A stretch of DNA of 45,895 nt from Thraustochytrium aureum. Taxonomy: Eukaryota. A program made the translations under genes and the position numbers. The notes under the pieces were generated by a model. That model ran no database searches. It worked only from the letters and a program-made list of their open reading frames with translations, and was not told the DNA's origin. This document shows, in pieces, positions 10,412-22,268 of this stretch. The stretch is from assembly GCA_012862495.1 (NCBI GenBank), contig BLSG01000080.1, forward strand, positions 238,990 through 284,884. The letters run 5' to 3'. The number at the start of each line of letters is the position of its first letter. The stretch's first letter is position 1.

Positions 10412-11176
10412 AGCTAGCTAGAGGTGTCGAGCAGTCGCGCGCGCGCAGGCTCGCAGGCTGCGGAGCGCTGTGGCTGCGGCTCGAGCAGCGCGAGGAGGGC
10501 AATCCGCAGCCGGCCACTCCGCTGAGGAGAGATAGATGTAGCTAAGAACATAAACTGCCTGCCTTCTCGCTTCTCTAAAGCCCTGCGCGCTAGTGCGATC
10601 GAGGCGCCGCCTGGCGCCCCGTGTCGTTCGTCGTCGCGGCGCGGTATGCTCGGGAAAACCTCGGCAGTCATCAGTGCACAGCAGCATCTCCACTGACAAC
10701 GACAACGTCCGAGACCACCCCGCGCAGACCTGCAACAGCCAGGGCCAGGCGCCTGGCCCGCGCACTGCACTGGGGGAGGAGGGAGGAGGAGGAGGTGGTG
10801 GTGGTGGTGGAAGAGAAGAAGGGGTGGCCTTTAGGGTCCTTGATAGCGGCGGCGCAGGTGCTGTTGGCAAGCGTGGCGAGCTGGGCGCACAGCGATTCTA
10901 TTCCCCTGCCGCGCACTGGGAGGACCCCACTCACCCGCACACGACACCGCCAAGGCAAGAAGAGGAAGAAGGGTCGCGAGTCTCTCTTGGTGGAAGAAAA
11001 GGGCAGGGCAGTGCCTGCCAAGGCGCTGCTCTGCCAGGCGCACGACCCGCGGCGCTTGGAAGCGAAAGCCAACTGACGTGGGAAACCGCGTCGTGTCCGC
11101 CTCGCAAGGCGATCGGTGTGCCTTGCCGGACGGTGGAGCATGCAGGCGGCGGTCTATCTGGCCCAACACAGCGACC

Positions 11177-14100
11177 ATGAGCAACGAATCCGTGGTATCC
11201 TCCGGCGCGTCCGTGGGGACCGAAACGTCTGTCACCGACAACGAAAAGAAGGTGATGAAACTACTTCTCTACGGCAAGACCCACAGCGGTCCGCGCAAAC
11301 GACGCAAGCGCAAGGGCGGAGGCGAGCCCCCGGGCAGCGGCGAGCCCGGACTGGGTTCTGCACGCGCCCCACACTCGCTCGACGCAAATACCAACTCGAC
11401 GCAAGGGGCCGGGGCAGAAACGCCGCCCCCCGGGTCTGAAACTAGTTCAGGAAATGCTAGACCCGCACCAGCCAGAAACGGAGACGCAACAGAGGCGCCA
11501 GGAGAGCCAATACCACTGCAAAGCCCCCCCTCTGCAACGCCTGCTGCGCTGAAAGTTGGGCATGCGGGTGCGCGCCTCGCAGACCAGCCTGCGGCTCCAG
11601 CCGACGTCGGCCAACCTCCCGGCCCCAACCAGCAAAGCCACCCCCCCCAAACCGAGCCACAGGAGGAAACCCACACCAAGTCCAGGCGGCGGCGCCGTGT
11701 AAAAAAGAAAAAGGGCCAAGATGGGTTTCCAGACGAATCCGGCAAAATCCTCGTGGCTCTAGACGAGCGGAGACCCCTGGCCGACGAGCACCAGTCGTTC
11801 CGGCGTGCTTCGCGCCTGCCTCTTGTCAACGCCGAGGCAACCGCCTCCGTGGCCGCTCTGAGTGTTTTGGAAACAGACAGAGCCGACGAGGACACCGTGG
11901 ATGCGTTTGTTCGAGCGATCGTTTACAAGTGCGCAGATAGCGCGAGCAGGAGCGGCGAGGCGCGGAGTCTCGTCAAGGGCTTGCCCGTGCCTTTTGACCA
12001 ATCTGGACGCTATGCCCGCATGCCACGTTCTCCGATTTCACAGCACGTGCCAGACTACTACTTGCCAGGAGGGCGTGCTTCTGTGGGCGCGCAGGGTCCT
12101 CTTCATCTGGGCAGCGGGCGTCCGGCGCCAGGACGAGGTTTCTCGCAGACTCCACAGCTGCCCCCCGCGTTCCGCTCGAGCCGCGACTCGGAGGACGACT
12201 TACCATACACTATCACCACGGCCTTTGCCACCTATGCGAACGCAATGGCAAATTCCACGCGAGTCGGGCACCGCCTTGCCGAACCATTACCAGGGACGCC
12301 ACACGGCGCCGGCGAAACCTCGATGCACGCGCCTTCGTTCGCGAACTCGCAAGGCGCGGGGCTGGGATTCGCTGCGTACAACAGCACACCAGGCGTGTAT
12401 GCCGATGGCGGCCATCAGGTCGATTATCCCCACGTGACGAGGCACGGTGAGGGCGGGTACTTTAGCAGCTTCATGAGCGCATTACCAGGCGCCGGCCCTT
12501 TCAATGCCCAGAACGTCGCAAGCGCGAACTACGATATTGGGATAGAGGCCCACCAGCGAGCGTCAGACTCTGTCTCCCTGGAGATCCTCGTCCACGATCT
12601 TGCCAAGGCGCTGCCAAACCCAGAATCGCACGAGCGCAGATCGTACACCTCGCCACACTCGTCTTCTATGAGCTCCAGCTCCGTCAGCAGCGACGGCGGT
12701 GACAGTTGTTCGCCGACGACCGGACCAAAGGCTCGCCCTCATACTTGGTCGTCGTACCAGAGCTTGGTCGGTGCAGCCCCCCCAGCGAGTGCAAGCGAAC
12801 GAGTTAGCAAGCAACAGCTCAAGCAGACCTTTCGAAAGGACGTCCTGCGCAAGCTGTACCGACGGTACGACGACGACCGTGAGGCGCGCGTCGCCCGGGC
12901 GATCCAGATGGCGGAGGACGAGCGCGCAAGGCGCCTTCAAGAGATTCGCGAACACGCCTATCAAGAGCGCTTGGAGCGCGCCCGGCGCCTCGAGTGGGCG
13001 ATCAAAGCAACGGAGAAGGAGCGTCGCCGTCAAATGCAGCGCGACCGCGCCTTTGAACGCCAGCAAGACCGCAACAGAGAAAAGCTCAAGCGTTGGACCA
13101 TTGCGCAGGAGGAGCAGGAGCGCAACCGGCGCATCCGGCGCGGCGCGGATTCAGATATCGTGCTCGCCGCTGCTCGAAAGCGCGAGCGGGAATTGCGCCG
13201 CGAAGCCCGAGAGAAGCGTCGCAAGGCACGTACTGCGGCCGGAAAGCACTCGGCATCTGACGAGTCGAGCCTTTCTTACAGCTCAGACGACCTCGGGATA
13301 AGCTCGTTCAGCGAAAGCGCATCCGCAGCTCACTCAGACTCAAGCAGCGATGCCAGTGCGCAAGCCGACGACGGCGCGGAAGGCGCGGCCGCGGACGGTT
13401 CAAGAGCGACCGAGAGCGATTCGCGCCCGCGCAGCAGCACGCGGCGCGCTCGTCGCCGGTCACGCCGCCGCAACGATGGCGGATACGTGCCTTTCACGGA
13501 CGACTACGAAGTGGTGTGCCCGTACACGATCCTCGGCTGCGACACAACCTGCTTGCGGAGCGAGCTCGAGGGGCACTTGGAGTACTGCGCATTCCGCGCA
13601 AAGTCGAAGGATGTGATTGATGCGGACCGGAACGACGAGTACATGTCACTTTACAACCCGCTCGAACATGTTGTCGACTGCCCCTACAAGGTGATTGGTT
13701 GTGCGCACAGGTGCACGCGCGCAATGCTCCCGGAGCACCTGCTCAAGTGTACCTTTCAAGACGACGACGACGCCGACGGAATCGACATCAACCTTGAATA
13801 CCAACGGGGCTCAGCCGCTATCGACTTCGGGTACTACGAGGTGATTTGCCCCTACGCGACCATGGGCTGCACAACGACCATTCTGCGTTCGGAGGTACCG
13901 CATCACCTCTCAGAGTGTCCTTTTGCGCCTGTCTCCAGGCAAGAGGAGGAGGCGGTGCGTGACAAGAACAAGATGCTCGCAATCGAGGCTGCAGAGAGCG
14001 AGCGGCAAAGACGGGTCTCGCAAGCGTCGCTGGGCGGGGATGAGTCCCGGGGCCTGCGGTCGGAACGATACAAGCGCTTGCTCAAGGCCCTCATCGAATC

Positions 14101-14515
14101 GCGTCTCGTCGACCGCAGCAACGAGGTGGCCCGAGCGGAGAGCCCCGCACCACGCCCAGAAGCGGAGCCAGTTCACGGCGAGCAAGGCGGCGCCGAGCGC
14201 AATCCGCCAAGTGTCTCCTCGGGGCTGCAGGGATCGGGCCAGCACCGGGGATCCACGACAGACTCGGCGACAGAGAATCTGCGCTGTGCTGACACCACTT
14301 CCCCAGGGCTTACCGAAGGTGCTGTCAGAGCGGATGCCTCGACGACTCAAAGGGGCGCACCCCCCCCGCCGTCCGACTTGCCGGCGAGCAAACATGCTCC
14401 ACTCGACTGGTCTATATCGAGTCCGCGTGTGGAAGGAATGCGAGGCGGTAAAATCGACCACGCGACCTTGCGTGGCAGCCCCGATAGGGGACTCGATATC
14501 TGCCTTGGCACGTGA
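11177..14515 (+). CDS. Large protein, 5' portion: low-complexity N-terminus, charged coiled-coil and three TRAF-type zinc fingers; probably continues into the NTase segment
   Basis: CPYTILGCDTTCLRSELEGHLEYC, CPYKVIGCAHRCTRAMLPEHLLKC and CPYATMGCTTTILRSEVPHHLSEC at about 13510-13925. After TGA 14513-14515 the same frame reopens immediately. Confidence 0.65.
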   Translation: MSNESVVSSGASVGTETSVTDNEKKVMKLLLYGKTHSGPRKRRKRKGGGEPPGSGEPGLGSARAPHSLDANTNSTQGAGAETPPPGSETSSGNARPAPARNGDATEAPGEPIPLQSPPSATPAALKVGHAGARLADQPAAPADVGQPPGPNQQSHPPQTEPQEETHTKSRRRRRVKKKKGQDGFPDESGKILVALDERRPLADEHQSFRRASRLPLVNAEATASVAALSVLETDRADEDTVDAFVRAIVYKCADSASRSGEARSLVKGLPVPFDQSGRYARMPRSPISQHVPDYYLPGGRASVGAQGPLHLGSGRPAPGRGFSQTPQLPPAFRSSRDSEDDLPYTITTAFATYANAMANSTRVGHRLAEPLPGTPHGAGETSMHAPSFANSQGAGLGFAAYNSTPGVYADGGHQVDYPHVTRHGEGGYFSSFMSALPGAGPFNAQNVASANYDIGIEAHQRASDSVSLEILVHDLAKALPNPESHERRSYTSPHSSSMSSSSVSSDGGDSCSPTTGPKARPHTWSSYQSLVGAAPPASASERVSKQQLKQTFRKDVLRKLYRRYDDDREARVARAIQMAEDERARRLQEIREHAYQERLERARRLEWAIKATEKERRRQMQRDRAFERQQDRNREKLKRWTIAQEEQERNRRIRRGADSDIVLAAARKRERELRREAREKRRKARTAAGKHSASDESSLSYSSDDLGISSFSESASAAHSDSSSDASAQADDGAEGAAADGSRATESDSRPRSSTRRARRRSRRRNDGGYVPFTDDYEVVCPYTILGCDTTCLRSELEGHLEYCAFRAKSKDVIDADRNDEYMSLYNPLEHVVDCPYKVIGCAHRCTRAMLPEHLLKCTFQDDDDADGIDINLEYQRGSAAIDFGYYEVICPYATMGCTTTILRSEVPHHLSECPFAPVSRQEEEAVRDKNKMLAIEAAESERQRRVSQASLGGDESRGLRSERYKRLLKALIESRLVDRSNEVARAESPAPRPEAEPVHGEQGGAERNPPSVSSGLQGSGQHRGSTTDSATENLRCADTTSPGLTEGAVRADASTTQRGAPPPPSDLPASKHAPLDWSISSPRVEGMRGGKIDHATLRGSPDRGLDICLGT

Positions 14516-16935
14516 GCCGGAAACAAGTCGCCGGTGCACTTGGAGCAGGCTCGTGCGATCGCCCTTTCAACCGGGGCCTCCTCGAGGCCAGGGGAGGGCG
14601 CGGGCGAGGGTCACGTCGGTAGTGCGGGAGGGCAGCCCGCGCCTGAAGAGCCAAAGGGTTCCAGACCATCGTGCGCGCTCGAGCGCGCCGTCAGTGAACA
14701 ACCCCCACCGCGGGCCCGCGGGCACCGACACGCACATAGCCTAACATCGCTGAACGCCTTCATGGGCGAGCTGGGCGCCGAGTCGCGGCAAAACGGCAAG
14801 GCGCGGTCGCCGTCATTCTCCAGCACATATGTCAGCCTCGACAGCGTCTACCGCAACAGAGAGAGCCTGATCAACAGCAAGAATGCAGAGTGGATCCTCA
14901 AGGCTGCAGAGATCGAGGCCCTGCGCCAGCAAGTTGAACAAAGCGCCTTGAAGAAGAAGGGCAAGAAGCGCCGAAACGACAGCAGCAGCAGCTCGACCGA
15001 CCTACCCGGCCTCGTTACTGTGGGCGACCTCGTCGTTAACGACGACGGAAGCCTCACCGGGGCTACCGCAAGCACGGAGGGTGGCAGTAGCAGCGCAGCG
15101 GCTCTGCTGTCGCGGTCTGCAGCGCGATCAAGCTTCACCGGTTCGACGTTGACGGGCCCAGCCGGTCTCGGACTGCCGCCCCTCGGTGTGTCAGGGCGCA
15201 CGCCGAGGACTCTCCACCGGACCCGCTCCTGCCCGGTGCTTGCTGAGGTGCGTGCCGAGCTCTGCAAAAGCCACGCGAGAAAGGGGTCATTTATAGGGTT
15301 TTGTCCTAGCGGGGCTTCCATCGCGAGCAGCTGCCGCAAGAACTCGGCCAAGTTTTCCGAGTCTTCGACGTATGCTATCGATTCTGATGCCGAGCAGGGC
15401 GGCGTCACTCCTGGCCCTTGGGGGTCAAACCTGGAGGATGCAGGGCGCCCCTCCGCTCGCGGGGCCCGTCTCTGGCGGACTCGGACGCTGGTTCTGGTTC
15501 TGGTTCTGGCTACCACACCGCCCTCCACTTATCAAAGCGCTCCAATGCCGACGCTTGCATCCGCTCGCACTTTCGCCTCGCGGGTAAGAAGCCGCAGCGA
15601 GTCCCCGCTCGCGCCGGACGTGGGCGGGATCGGGTCGCCCCACGGGCACCAGGCCGATGGCAGTGAGCCCAACCCGCCGCCCTCTGAAACCGGAGGCGGC
15701 GGGGCGAGCGCCGGGACAGGGGGGAGCTCGATTGGTTGGCCCATTGGCGCACGGGGCACGCCGAACCGCATCGCTAGCCCGGACTGGAAACCCGCGTCAC
15801 GGCGAAAGTCGGCGCGAAGAACGGTCTCCACAACAGACCCCCACTCGGTCGGCCCGCCACACGCTTTTTCGCTGCAGCACCACATGGACGAGCAAGTGCA
15901 GAAACTGAATGAGCGCCTTCACCGCGACCTTGTCAACCTGTCAAAAGGTGCAGTGCCGGTTCGGTTGCTCTCGAGGACTCTGTCGCCTCCATCCGCGAGC
16001 GCGTCCGCCGCGTGGCTTCGCTGTGCTTTGGTTACGAGGTCCGCGTAGACGTGTTTGGCTCGTTTGCGACAGGGCTGGCCGTCCCAGAACTCTCTGATGT
16101 AGACCTGGTGATCTTTGCCAACGAGGACATGTGTGGTTTGAATGGTTCGATGATGTGCAGCATCCTTGGCCGGGTCATGGCGAACGCCAAGTGGATCGAG
16201 CAACTCAAGGTCCTGGACCGCACGAAAATGCCTGTCATCAAGCTGCGCACGCGCAAGGACGCGACGCCAAGCGGGCGGGCACTTAACGTGGACCTCACGA
16301 TCGCGCTGCCGTCGCATGCCGGCATGGCCACCGTGGCCTTTGTCAAGGACCTCGTTCACTCGTATGACGGCTTACTCAACCCGCTTACAATAGCGCTGAA
16401 AAAGGTGCTCTGGCGCCTGGGCCTAGCAGACCCGTTCACTGGCGGGCTCGGTTCGTACGCGCTTGTCCTCATGGTCGTTGCGTCGGTGAACAGGTCCCTG
16501 GGGCGAAGGCGCAACCGCCGCCGCAGTTTTGCGGAGGAGGAAGTCGAGGACCCTCAAGCGCTGCAAGGGCAGCTCGGCTCGCTGATTCTTGACTTTCTTG
16601 AGCTTTTCGGACGCGATTTCGACTCGCGCGAGGAGGCAGTAGTCTGCGTCGTTGGATCTGACGGAATGCGAACAATGCGCATCGGCAAGCGCTTGCATGC
16701 CAAGTCGATGCAAGGCGGCCCGATTTGTCCGCCAGCAGGCCTCGTGGTGGACGACCCAGTTCAGCTCGGCAACAACGTCGGAGCAACGTGCTTTCGTTTT
16801 GCTGACGTGCAGCATGGCTTCGCCGACCTCGTGGCAAAGCTGCTGGCGTACACCGTGCGACGCAAGGCAATTGGGACGGACACTGAGGGCTCACAGCCGC
16901 TGTTCGACCTGCTCCTCGTGCACGGACCTGGCTGA
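14516..16935 (+). CDS. Non-canonical poly(A) polymerase / terminal nucleotidyltransferase (Trf4/PAPD5/TENT4-like), preceded by a disordered region; frameshift near 15945
   Basis: Adding one A to tcAAAAgg gives LHRDLVNLSKRCSAG…SIRERVRRVASLCFGYEVRVDVFGSFATGLAVPELSDVDLVI. Downstream are KMPVIKL, VDLT, LADPFTGGLGSYAL and the PAP-associated motif LVVDDPVQLGNNVG. Confidence 0.8.
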
Positions 16936-17225
16936 GAGCCAAGAATGTGAACGCCGCGAACGTTTGCTCGTTCCGCTGATGACAGCATCTCGCCGCAGTC
17001 CCTCTTTCGTTTTGCACGGCCGTAGGGAAGAGAGCGCTGACTTGGTTGGCCAGCTTTCGCTTCGGCCGAGGCAGCTGGGCCGAGGTGCCTCGCTCGACTC
17101 TATTATCATTGAGTAAGTAGTGGAAAGAAATGAGTAGAGAAATGAGTGATTGATTTTCAACACGGTGCGCGGTATAGTAGCTACTGCTTGCCCTTGTAAC
17201 CGTGCAAGCAGCACCACTGCAACGC

Positions 17226-20200
17226 CTACGAGAGACGAATCGAGTACCCGCCGTCGCCGCGATAGTACGGACCACCCTCTTCAACATCAACAGCACCCTG
17301 TGGCGCTAGCATTTCGTGGGTCAACAACGAGCTCGGCGGGAAAAGGTCGGTCCCTTTGGCGGGTGGGCCGCCCAGTTTGTGCGAGTCGCTTTCGCTGCAA
17401 GGCTCCAAGAGCATAGACAGAACGTCTACGCCAGAATATGCGCCCCCATTCGTACCAAGAGAGTCGCAGAGTTGATATTCGTCCCACTCGGCCTGCAACG
17501 CAGCACCCGCTGGCGTTGCATCCTCGCTCTGAGCGTGCTCGACGGCACCGACCTGGACTTGCGCCGTGTCAAAAACGCCGTCGTGCAGGGCATCGCCACT
17601 GTAGAGCCGCAATTCATCATCGCCTGGGCTGTCGCAAGTTCCTTTGCTTGCCAATCGGCGTGGAAGGCGTGTTGGCTCAAATCGCAGCAAAGTCGTGTCC
17701 ATTTCGACTGGAACGCCCAACGGGACAGGTGTGGGGCTCGGCAGCAAGGCCTTGCTGAGGAAAGTAGCGGCGCCCTCCGGACTGGAAAGGTCCAAATCAA
17801 TCTTTCTCGCGTTGGCCGCTCCGAGCGCGTCGCGGCGCCCCAGCGCGTCGCGGCGCGGCGCCAAGACGCGGTCGATCTCCGCCTTTGCCCGGGATACAGC
17901 CTCAGCGGATCCGTTGACCCGCACGCTGCAGTTCCCAGTGTTGATGTGGATATTGGCACCAGAAGCCGCCTCCATGGCGCGAACAGTCGCCGCGGCAGGG
18001 CCGATGAGGTCCAGAATCTCCTCAGATCCAACGAAAATGCGCGCTGTTCCTGCTCAAACGTGCGAATTGTCTCTTGGATGAGCGCGGTGGCAGTGGCCAC
18101 AGCGTCTGGGGTTCCTCGGAGGCAGACCGCAGCAGCGGAACGGTCAATCTCCAAGTATTGGACGCCGCTCTCGGCGCGAATCGCCTTGATCGTTGCGCCT
18201 CCAGTGCCGATTAACGCAGGGATGGCCTCGAGAGGAATAGGAACATGGGCGCTTCCTCGTTCCCAAAGGTCAATGAGGAGTTTCAGCCGCTCGAGTCCAG
18301 CAGCGACGATTTCGGGACCAGGCCCAATTACGTCCACAGCAACCGCGCCGCGATCGATCGAGAAAATCGCTCCCGTCTCTTCTTCAAGCGCTCGAATGCT
18401 TGCCCCCTTCTTGCCCACAACTCTGGGGATGAGCGAGACCTCCGGCAAGCGAACGCAGTCGACCTGGCGGGGAAAGAGCTCTCGGAGCATAGCAAAAAAG
18501 GCTGTGCGCCCAACTGGGAGATCCGGCTCCAGGCCGGACAGGTGCGCCATTTGCCGCCTACGATCTACGTCGAACGTGCAACGGTGTTCTGCTGCAAGGC
18601 TCTCGACGCGCCCCTTCGCGCTGCCCAAGAGCTCGGTCACGAGGTGAGGCACAAGACGCACGACCTCGTGCACCACGCCCTTTGCGACGTCATCTAACAA
18701 TGCTTTTGCGGCTCGAACGCTTGCGGCCGAGCCCGTCAGCAGCAAAGTGCACTCGGCGGGGCTTGCTTGTTGGTTTTCAGAGCCGCCCTCGTCTGCAGGC
18801 TCCCGACCAGCTCGCTCGCCCTCCGCCGCGCTGGCCACGTTGGCCGCAGAGTCGCTCCAGTCTCTTCCTGAATGCGCCTGATGGCCGCTGGGTCGCCCAA
18901 ATGGTCGAGGACCCGCGCANNNNNNNNNNNNNNNNNNNNNNNNNNNNNNNNNNNNNNNNNNNNNNNNNNNNNNNNNNNNNNNNNNNNNNNNNNNNNNNNN
19001 NNNNNNNNNNNNNNNNNNNNNNNNNNNNNNNNNNNNNNNNNNNNNNNNNNNNNNNNNNNNNNNNNNNNNNNNNNNNNNNNAGACGCTCGCGCAGTCTTCT
19101 AGGATCTCAATCACCCCTTGCGCTGCGGCCACAAAGCCGGCTCCTGCGCGAGCTCGTACAAAGGCCATCTGGGAGCCCCAGCTAAGGTCAATACGGGCCG
19201 AGTGCCAGGTCTCGAGGGACCGAATCTCGTCGCTGCGCCGCATGATGGCCTTCCGCGAGGCCTCGCCGGGGGGGATCTTGACACAAAACTCGCGAAAGGC
19301 TGCCTTGGTTGAGTTTGAGACGAGGCCCATGCCCGCCAAAGCGCGCACCTTGTCAGCGGCGGAGACAACCGCAGCTTCCTCGCCGCGAATGCGAACAGAG
19401 CAGTAGGGAATGATCGAGCCCACAGGTTGTCCGTTTTCGTCCACAGATTCCCCCCCTTGTCCTCTCGAAGAAGGCGACGCGGTGCGGCTCGTCTCGCTCA
19501 CCTCGATGTGCGCCCCCGTCTCACGACGAAGCTTGCGCAGGGTCGCGCCGCCTTTCCCGATGACGTTGCCGGCCCATGGCGACAAAACCAGGACGGTGCA
19601 GTTCTCGCGCTTGAAGCGCTCTAGGGCCTCGTGAACCGCGAGGCTCGCAGCCGCAACCTGCTCACTCGTGCCGCGTATGACAGCATGTCCTGTGCGAACT
19701 GCGATTGAAGCGCCTGACATTTCTTGAATGGCCGCGAGGGGGGCCCCATGCTGACCAAGGAGCGCGGCGCGCGAATCGCCCGGCAACGTCACGGTCCGGG
19801 ACTCTTGCGAGGTTGCGAGAACCTCGAGAGCGCTGCAGGCCTTGGCGACGGCAGCCTCCCGGCCGCGGACGTGAATTAGAAGCTTGCCCGACTTCTTCGA
19901 CTCGCCGTGAAGGATGTTCACGGACGCGCCAGACTCGCTCTGCACGGTGTTGAGGGGCTTTGCTCCATCTCTGTAGAGGACAGCCCGAAAGGACTCTGGG
20001 AACTCGAGCATGCGGTTCTCGCTGTGGTATTTGTCAATAAGAGCTTGCACGGTCGCTTTCGCCGCCTGCACCTTGGCCGGAGGGGCGCAGATTGTCACGA
20101 TCGTCGGCGAGCCGGTCGGGGCGCGAGCATCGGGCGTGCGCACGGTGATCGTCGCGCCAGTTTCCTGTTCGAGCTTGCGCTTGTTCTTCCCGTTCTTGCC

Positions 20201-21448
20201 GATGATCAATCTTGTGAGCTCGTCGGCGTTCACTTCGAGGTGAACAAGCTGGTCGTCCGTCTCGCGAGCCAGGTCGCGCAAGACCGAGCAGGCCCGCTCT
20301 ACACTTGGTGCTGGTCCGGCCACGTTGACCCTGCCACGCTCAAGGTCGACTCGGATGCCAACGCCGAGTTCGTTTTCTAGCTGATGCACCTTTGCGCCCC
20401 CGTCAAGCAGAAGCACGCGTGTGAACGACCCCCGCGGAACGGTCACGACAAAGTCGGTTGCTGCAGCAACCTCTGCAACAGCGGTTTTGGCCCTGGCCAC
20501 AGCCTCGGGCGAGCCGCGGATGCGCAAAAGGGTCGGCTCGGTCCGTCCAGACTTGCTGGTTTTGCGGACCACAAGGGCGAGACTGACGCTCAGCAGGGAC
20601 TCTATAGTCTTAAGGTGCTGGCCGTCGTTGCTACGAAGCACGTTAGTCTGGGGGGGTGTCAGCGTAATTTCAGCGGAGACCTCAGCCGCAAACTGGGCAA
20701 TGGCCTCCACCGCGGCATCGGCGTCTTCAGGGAGCCCAGACACGGTGACCTGACCATCGTTGCCGACATCGATGGAGACGCAGAGCGCCGTTTCGAGGCG
20801 GCTCAGATTGGCGCCCTGTTTGCCCACCAAGTGGCCGATTCGATCCGCAGGGACGGAGGTCGTCCGGTCCACCAGCATGTCCGGCGTGATTCGTGCCCCG
20901 CCCTTTTCGCGAGAGAGCCGCCACGCGAGCTTGGTTGCGTCCAGGGCCTGGTCCGCCTGGCGCCGCCGGAGTCGAGCTCCAATAACGCGGCGCGCCATCA
21001 GCTCCTTCTGAGTCAAAAGGTCCTCGAACTGGGCCTGGAGCTCGCTCGACGTGGTAGCAGCGCGGCGCTCGTTACGCAGGCGGTCCATTTGCTTGAGGAT
21101 GTCTTTTTCTTCTGCAAGGGAGAGCTGGAACCTTGACCTTCGCCGTTCCAGGGCCTCGATCTGCTTGTCCACTTCCGAGGGCCCCGAGGCGCCGTTGGCG
21201 CGCTGTGACTCGAGTCTGCACTTGTGTTGCACCGCCTTCATGCGGGCCAAGAGTTCGTTCTGCTCCTCCACCACGGCCTCCAGCGCCCTGCTCGCCTCGT
21301 CCCTCACCCTCTTCGCCGCCTCCACCTCCACCGCCTCGATCGCCGCCGCAGCCGCCGCTTCAGCCATCGCGCTACCTTCCTCCTCCCTTGCCTCACCTTG
21401 GCCGCGCGGTGCTGCGCCGTTCGTCGTCCCGTCCGCAGCAGCGTCCAT
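17226..21448 (-). CDS. Multi-KH-domain RNA-binding protein (vigilin-like array) with an N-terminal coiled-coil; internal gap and a frameshift near 18047
   Basis: Many KH GxxG loops: LVGKQGANL, IIGKNGKNK, LLGQHGAPL, VIGKGGATL, VVGKKGASI, LIGTGGATI, LIGPAAATV. ATG at 21448, although the frame is also open upstream into the gap. Confidence 0.85.
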
Positions 21449-21579
21449 CGTCGCGATTCCGGCCAAGTCGAGGCCAAACTCTACCCACCCACCACACAGC
21501 GCGCGTCCCGTGGCCTCCCCTCCCTCCCTCCGTGCCCTTGCCCTCCCTCCCGAGTCCTCCCGTGCCCGCCCGGCTGCCT

Positions 21580-21620
21580 CCTGCTGCTGCTGCTGCTCCT
21601 GCTGCTGCTCCTGCTGCTGC
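21580..21620 (+). repeat. (CTG)n / (CAG)n microsatellite upstream of the KH gene
   Basis: cctgctgctgctgctgctcctgctgctgctcctgctgctgc. Confidence 0.7.
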
Positions 21621-22268
21621 GCGGGCCTCTGCGTCCTCCGCTGTTGCGGGTCTGCCGCACTCNNNNNNNNNNNNNNNNNNNNNNNNNNNNNNNNNNNNNN
21701 NNNNNNNNNNNNNNNNNNNNNNNNNNNNNNNNNNNNNNNNNNNNNNNNNNNNNNNNNNNNNNNNNNNNNNNNNNNNNNNNNNNNNNNNNNNNNNNNNNNN
21801 NNNNNNNNNNNNNNNNNNNNNNNNNNNNNNNNNNNNNNNNNNNNNNNNNNNNNNNNNNNNNNNNNNNNNNNNNNNNNNNNNNNNNNNNNNNNNNNNNNNN
21901 NNNNNNNNNNNNNNNNNNNNNNNNNNNNNNNNNNNNNNNNNNNNNNNNNNNNNNNNNNNNNNNNNNNNNNNNNNNNNNNNNNNNNNNNNNNNNNNNNNNN
22001 NNNNNNNNNNNNNNNNNNNNNNNNNNNNNNNNNNNNNNNNNNNNNNNNNNNNNNNNNNNNNNNNNNNNNNNNNNNNNNNNNNNNNNNNNNNNNNNNNNNN
22101 NNNNNNNNNNNNNNNNNNNNNNNNNNNNNNNNNNNNNNNNNNNNNNNNNNNNNNNNNNNNNNNNNNNNNNNNNNNNNNNNNNNNNNNNNNNNNNNNNNNN
22201 NNNNNNNNNNNNNNNNNNNNNNNNNNNNNNNNNNNNNNNNNNNNNNNNNNNNNNNNNNNNNNNNNNNN

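Noticed and set aside
10593..11180. Gly/Glu-rich ORF upstream of the TRAF-ZnF gene
   Set aside because: Purine-rich GGA/GGT microsatellite sequence without a proper ATG; more likely promoter or 5' UTR.
14513..14515. TGA as selenocysteine
   Set aside because: It sits in a disordered region without a redox motif, and I recognised no SECIS downstream.
17316..18647. Long antisense ORFs (this one, 26046-26954, 29236-30981, 6314-7261 and others)
   Set aside because: These are shadows of GC3-biased coding sequence on the opposite strand, with no independent motifs.
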